Of a DNA stretch of 45,144 nt, positions 40,019 through 45,144 are shown piece by piece. A model generated the notes under the pieces. That model was not told the DNA's origin, ran no database searches, and saw only the letters and a program-made list of their open reading frames with translations. Both the position numbers and the translations under genes were made by a program. The DNA comes from Bigelowiella natans CCMP2755 (Eukaryota; Protista; Cercozoa), in contig ADNK01000086.1 in assembly GCA_000320545.1 (NCBI GenBank), forward strand, positions 1-45,144. The letters are read 5' to 3'. Position 1 is the first letter of the stretch. The number at the start of each line of letters is the position of its first letter.

Positions 40019-41037
40019 TGATAGGCCTGACCTACGCACCGAAAAGCCTCGAGTTGGCTGCTGCGAACTACGGCTTTTTGGTTGTATTGCTTCTTCTTCC
40101 TTCATCCTGTGTTTTTCTAAATACTGCGTCCGAAAAGAATAATGAGGTGGCGGTCGTGTCGTGAGATCCATCTCACGACGATTTTCGTGGTCGCTGACAT
40201 CTGATTCTGCAGTGCAAAGATCACTGGCGATGTTCAGCACCAACGCCAGTTTTTTTGCCTGTCATTCTCTAGTATTTGAATAGTCTTGTCCACGCATTCA
40301 CAAGGATACTTTGAACATTTTTTCGGACACGTATATAACACAAACGCGGGACCAAAAAAGCCGGTTTTCGCTGCGAGTGCGTCTGTGGACGCTGGTTTAT
40401 ATCTTTGCATTTCCTTCATATTTTAAGCGTGTAAATGGCGACCTTACAACCCAGGTCTCCCGCACGTACAAGGGAGTCGATGATAAAGCGCATGCAAGAT
40501 TTGATGACGAGAAGAAGGTCGCATTGACACGATAAGACCCGAGGCCAATCCTCACCGCGATGGTACTCCCTTGGCGGTGCATTTGAGTTTCTTGCCTTTG
40601 CTCTTTCTGCCCCCTTCCCTTCCCGCACAGATGTGGGTATTTGCGCTGGGGGAAAGGATCGAGGTCACCGTGACAATGACGACAACTGCGCGGCGCTATC
40701 ATATGGCGCTCTGTGATTACCTCCCTGGTAATAGCATCGTTCGTGCGTCTTTGCCACCCATATCTCGTTGATGAGAAAGCAGCAGCGTGTACAACAAATA
40801 AGAGATAGGTTTTCCCGATGTTTCTTCATATATATATATATATATATATATAAATATTATATATCATAATTGTGCGTCAATGTTATCGCAAATGCGTCTT
40901 ATGTTTTTTAATAACACCCTACTACTACTGCAGCGGGATGCGAGCCTCTAAATCCTGCACTGAAAGGTACTCGCCTCTTCCTACAATGACCCTATGCATG
41001 CGTGTACGGCGAATGCGTGTAGAGACGGATACTATGA

Positions 41038-41074
<37 letters not shown>

Positions 41075-41567
41075 GAAGGAAATACGATGCGGTTATAGAA
41101 AGCCACCATATCTTGAAATATGCAGCATAATTCCTCCTTCGCAAGGGCTGATCTTTGTTGAAATTTTGCGCCAGGGTCGCCATCGCCGTCGGCAGGCTCT
41201 ACAGGTAGTTGCACGCCATGAGTGGAAGAGAAGATACTCATCAGCGGCTGTTGTTGCTCTCCAACTGTGAGGGAGCTTAAATAGATCCATCTTGAGCGCG
41301 GAAAAATTAAAAATCGTCACCAAAAAAAAAAAAAAAAAAACTGCTGCCACGGTGCGTTTGAGAAGAATGCGAGCTGGTGATATATACGTTCTTGTTTTTG
41401 TCGTGTGTGTAGGCGGTAGCGGAGGCATGCTGGGAAATCCACACTCTTGGCGGTTCTACTCGAAGAGATACTGGCCGGAGCACATCAACTTGAGGTCAAA
41501 TAGTGCGTATGCCCCACGCGTGGGATGAAAGAGCATATCTTTGTTGTTCTCCAGGAGATTTTATTGT

Positions 41568-41615
<48 letters not shown>

Positions 41616-41627
41616 ACGCGCGCGCGC

Positions 41628-41663
<36 letters not shown>

Positions 41664-42115
41664 CTTTGTTATGAGTGTGTGATCTTTCCCGACAAATGAC
41701 GTTTATAATGAAAGAAACGAGCGCGCTGAAGCTTTCCGCTCTCTGCTCTGGCCCGGTACTGCCACCTGTTGCGGAACAGCTGCCAAAAACAAACAGAGTC
41801 ACAGAGTCGATGAATCTTGTCTTGTTAGCCGTCCCTCCCTTCTGTTTTTGATTCTGCTTTCCTGGAAGTAGTCACACCGCTTTGATAGGCGTCTTGTTAT
41901 GTATGTAACCAGGGGTATACGAGTTTGTGTACACGGTTCGGGCCACTACCGGAGGGGATTTTGTCGTTCCACCCGCACTAGCAGAAGAAATGTCTGTCTC
42001 CTCTTTTCACTTAAACATGATGGCTGCTGAGAATCACGATTATTTTATTCAAATCAACAGGTACAGCCCGGAGTGTTTTGGCAGGAGTGCGAGTGGAAAG
42101 GTGCGAATCGAGTAG
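13532..42115 (+). CDS. Bacterial-type alpha-2-macroglobulin (thioester-containing protease-trap family) in roughly 100 short exons; true start may lie up to ~12816
   Basis: Colinear spliced motifs: FNQPMIAV (~14650); WRWSGSK..F....RF; IFDDRKLYKPKEKV (21889); FQIQEYRKPEF (23130-23350); DYYSGG; LIHPCRYYVG; IIPDKQTYQPGD; VDEAVLSLTGY (30452); VRKNFNPLAAFVPSVVTDENG...LPDSLTRYRVWA (32427-32890); LPLMVRPSPPRFLNFGD; YTPATREGFATYG; YTYECSEQ (34908-34931); RQHDNGGF; AYALYVR; LHSSRRTDA; WSTTQEN; GRLYYRMG; DYLPAGCEPLNP; HINLRNERAEAF; YEFVYTVRATTGGDFVVPPALAEEMYSPECFGRS, with TAG at 42113-42115. Confidence 0.92.
13760..13816. repeat. Intronic 18-bp tandem repeat x3 (cgagtgatagtgttcaat)
   Basis: Three perfect adjacent copies. 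Confidence 0.9.
18010..18083. repeat. Intronic 28-bp direct duplication (tcgtttgtgaactttcatgctgcgtcac x2)
   Basis: Copies at 18010-18037 and 18056-18083. Confidence 0.85.
30993..31064. repeat. Intronic 18-bp tandem repeat x4 (gaaagaggaaatgtgtga)
   Basis: Four adjacent copies. Confidence 0.9.
34848..34939 (+). other. Exon encoding the thioester motif CSEQ (34920-34931) of the alpha-2-macroglobulin
   Basis: AG|ATT ACG ACA TCG...TAC ACT TAC GAG TGT TCA GAG CAG CTA GCA AG|GT translates to ITTSTTQFQHLEDAVISLYNYTYECSEQLAS, matching CxEQ. Confidence 0.85.
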
Positions 42116-42479
42116 TTTTCGGAAATGCTCCTCTGTTTCCCACTATTTGCGATGTTCATTGCACGAGTTGTCGCCATGCGGTTGAAGAGTTTCTTATCTA
42201 CATGAAAAGTCAATATATTCAATTGCTTATATTTGATGATGAGGGCTGGATGGCAATACCATCTAGACGTGCCGCAATGTAGAACATGATAACATGAGTT
42301 GCTTCAATAGGCACCGCGCATTGAAAGCTAAGCCTACACAACACATGTCACGGACCATTGATGGTTGCTGCAATTTTGATAATGACACATGTGTGCACTT
42401 CATGCATGAGCAGCCACATCATGTCGTTCATGCGCTCAATCGTGTATCGCAAATCACGAAGACAGCGTCCACCGAAACT

Positions 42480-43000
42480 TTCTACAAATCTAGAAGTTGC
42501 ATCCATGTATGTGATTAGCTTAGCAATGCCATTCAATGACCAAGAAGCTAGCAAGGTAGAGCTTTCTGCTTTGCAAGACCAAAAAACATCCAGGTAAACA
42601 AGTCAGCGCGTCCTAGCTAGCAGCAGATAGATCTCATAGCTACACTGCTAGACAGGGCAACGCTGGAACGTAATGTGATGTCGTCTAGTGCATGCGTGTT
42701 TTGATTTATGAGCTAGTCTAGTAGTGCAGGCTAGCAAGACAGAACGTACATCGCAGACGAGGTACGGTGCTGCCTACCATCATGGCATGCTAACTAGCTA
42801 ATGCATCATAATCGCGTACATCGAATCCATATAGATGATATAGTCATTCTCACGGCCACTCAATCTGCTAATGCTATTATAGATATGTTATTGCTAGCTC
42901 TCTAGCTCTTCGCTAACGACTAAATATGACTGCATGTTGTGGCGGCGATGCAAGCAAGATATATTTTGATATATGCATATGCAGGCACACTAGGCAGCAT
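42480..43000. other. CTAG-enriched intergenic segment between the convergent A2M and permease genes
   Basis: About a dozen CTAG by eye in ~520 bp, including tandem ctagctag and ctagtctag. Confidence 0.55.
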
Positions 43001-43333
43001 GCAAGATGTGCTCAGCAGCATACACTCAGTCTATACAACGCGCGCGTGTTAGCGTTTCATCTTATACATTGATTGCTTTCAACGTGTGACTACTACTCCC
43101 ATGCAGCTTCTGCGGAGAAGGCGTCTTGTGTATTCTCACCCGACTATTCTAGGATACAAATGTGGCCAGTTTTGGCAGTTCCTTTGTTCTTGTTCGCATT
43201 TTGCAAACGACGTGGCGTAGCGCTTTCATTGCTTGCTCGTCTTTTCTTTCAACACCCGTTGATGGGTATACTGTCGCTTCCCCCCTCCTCCTCCTCCTCC
43301 CGATCTTCTTCTTCTTCTTCTTCTTCTTCTTCT

Positions 43334-45144
43334 TCAATGTGTTATCACTCTGACGCCCCCTAATGTCGCGACGGTGTCCTTAAAGCTCTTGCTTGGACAC
43401 CCGATGAACATCCTGTTCACTGGGATCTGGAGGAAGGCAGCCAGTCTCTGTTGTGGGGCATTATGTGCCGATTGCGATAAGGAATAAATTATGTTGGTGG
43501 GTGGGAGGGGGGAAGATTTGCTACAAAGCTAATAAAGGCGAGCAATGGCATGATGGCCTGGCATCCTCCTCCCCCCCGTTCTCTCCCCCCCCCCTCCGTT
43601 TTCTCTTCACCTCTACGGCGAGTCGGTTGAATTCTTGCTGCACAAAGACGAGATCGATGCAATGCCTGCGACACAGTATTTTCGCAACGACGATCAGTAT
43701 TGTTTGTGCGGCTGCGATATTGGTGATAGCAGCAACACCGACGCTACTTTCGCATGATAGATAGTTTGACAAAAGGAACGATTAATGCTGCGGAAGGGGG
43801 GGTGCGCAGCGAATTTGGCTCATCAATTGATAGGAGGAAACGACGTTACATGGGTAAATATTTATATTTTACACATCCTACCCCCTCCCCCCCCCCCCCC
43901 CCTCTCTCTCTACTTTGGATATAGCCGATCGAGAAACTCGATGTCTGATTGGAGACAGGCCCTCTGCTCTGCTTTCATTCCCTGAATCACGGTGTTTTGT
44001 GTGGACGAAAGGGAGAGGGAGGGTAGGGGGGGAGGAGCGAGGTTGTACAATAAGTCACAGCAAAATGGCTCTGCAAAGGATCATGAGGGCAATCACTCGG
44101 CGTCTCTTAAAGCTACTGCTGACACCGGTGATGGTGATGATGATGATGATGAGGAGGAGGAGGAGTGCGTAGTTATACATTCTCCCTGCGCTTTATCGCA
44201 TGTTGGGCTCATTTTCATTGCACGAATTTGATCTGCTCACCTGCGGGGCGAAGTGGACGATTTTGATGTGCTGGGTGTCCTCGTTCTGCCGGATGTATAG
44301 CACCGCCTTGTTGATGGCGACCTGACAATGCGGCAATGGCGACGGAGAATCGATCGATGAAACATCGGGGCAAAAATAAAGGCATCTCTCTCTCGAGGTT
44401 GACGGGGGAGAGGGGTCATAAGAGAAAGCGAAATGGGTGTACTTATGATGGCAAGATTCGCGCACAAAACACAACCACACACACACGGAGAGAGAGGGGA
44501 GGAGGGGGGGGGGAGGGGGGGGGAGAGAGAGAGAGAGATGACGCCAAAAACTATCTATTTCTTTAAAGTTACAATGCTGCCGTTCTTCGTGAAGAAGACC
44601 ACAGGAGCCGTATTTGCCTGGATGAATCGAAATGAAATGTTGCCACAAATTACTCGGAAAATACCCCAAACGAAAACTCCCAAAAATAACACCTACTAGC
44701 AGACACACGCACACGCACATCAACACGCAACGACGCGCTTAAAACCCTCATCAATGCTTCTCCGCGTCTATTTTACGTCTGGATCTGTATTGAATTCTGC
44801 CTCTCCAACCCCCCCCTCTCCGCACTCTAATCTTGCGGCTACCCCTCCTCACTACTCACGTCCTCACTACTCACGTTCTTAATCCAGCTCTTGATGCGCG
44901 TGTTCAACGACTGAATGCAGCTCACCGCATGGTCCTTTTCCGTATTGAAAAAGAAGAGGAGAGAAGCAAAAGCAACGGCGTGAAATGCGGGACAACACGG
45001 GTAATACGTCCAATCCTCATACGACTCATGCGTCGATTGCTTTTGATGTTTTCCCAAAACCCCCCTTGTTATTCAACGCCGTGCCCTCATCAACGGTTTT
45101 CTCCTCACACGTCTGTCGAAGTTGTATCGCCGGGCCAAGGGAGG
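43334..45144 (-). CDS. 3' part of an APC-superfamily amino-acid permease (cytosolic C-terminal domain); gene continues beyond the window
   Basis: Spliced exons read SLNTRIKSWIKN|ANTAPVVFFTKNGSI|VAINKAVLYIRQNEDTQHIKIVHFAPQ|GMKAEQRACLQSDIEFLDRLYPK|HCIDLVFVQQEFNRLAVE|RLAAFLQIPVNRMFIGCPSKSFKDTVATLGGVRVITH*. The last exon is 43334-43447. The motifs FFTK, NKAVLY...NE, LDR.YP and IP.N.MFIGCP...LGGVR resemble the C-tail of an APC permease subfamily. Confidence 0.75.

Larger units (their letters stand above)
8650..44540. repeat. Dense intronic microsatellites: (TA)n, (CA)n, (GA)n, compound tracts, (GAA)n, (CAT)n, poly-G/C
   Basis: Examples: 8652-8697, 9241-9274, 10112-10175, 17129-17188, 21327-21380, 24636-24711, 37812-37893 and 39962-40018. 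They fall between the coding exons traced. Confidence 0.9.

Noticed and set aside
13532-42115. Bacterial contamination as the source of the A2M
   Set aside because: The coding sequence is split by roughly 100 spliceosomal introns of the same style as the flanking host genes.
43062-43148. Possible extra terminal exon of the permease (NSRVRIHKTPSPQK...)
   Set aside because: The preceding exon already ends in a stop (43334-43336) right after the conserved LGGVR motif.
8400-44700. ORF-track peptides rich in YI/CV/HT/ER/LS repeats
   Set aside because: They are translations of intronic microsatellites.

Overview
This is eukaryotic, very intron-rich genomic DNA: short GT-AG exons of about 40-120 bp separated by microsatellite-filled introns. 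The style suggests a protist (a chlorarachniophyte-like alga is only a guess). Manual splicing gives five host genes or gene parts. These are the 3' end of an unknown gene (1-345, +), a single-intron CAMK-like pseudokinase (3904-4871, +), and a 19-exon biotin-protein ligase with an N-terminal hydrophobic anchor (8133-12472, -). They also include a ~29-kb bacterial-type alpha-2-macroglobulin of roughly 100 exons with an intact CSEQ thioester motif (~13532-42115, +) and the 3' part of an APC-family amino-acid permease (43334->45144, -). Positions ~620-7750 hold nested mobile-element remnants: a solo LTR with a TSD, a Mutator-like element with long TIRs, and probable Polinton-like-virus replication-gene fragments (SF1 helicase plus HNH). 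The most striking signal is that these unrelated elements have lost almost all TpA dinucleotides, apparently to TpG/CpA/CpG, while neighbouring genes are untouched. This looks like a repeat-targeted A:T-to-G:C hypermutation, opposite in direction to fungal RIP, and is a candidate undescribed genome-defence system. All gene models and counts were made by eye; no searches were run.
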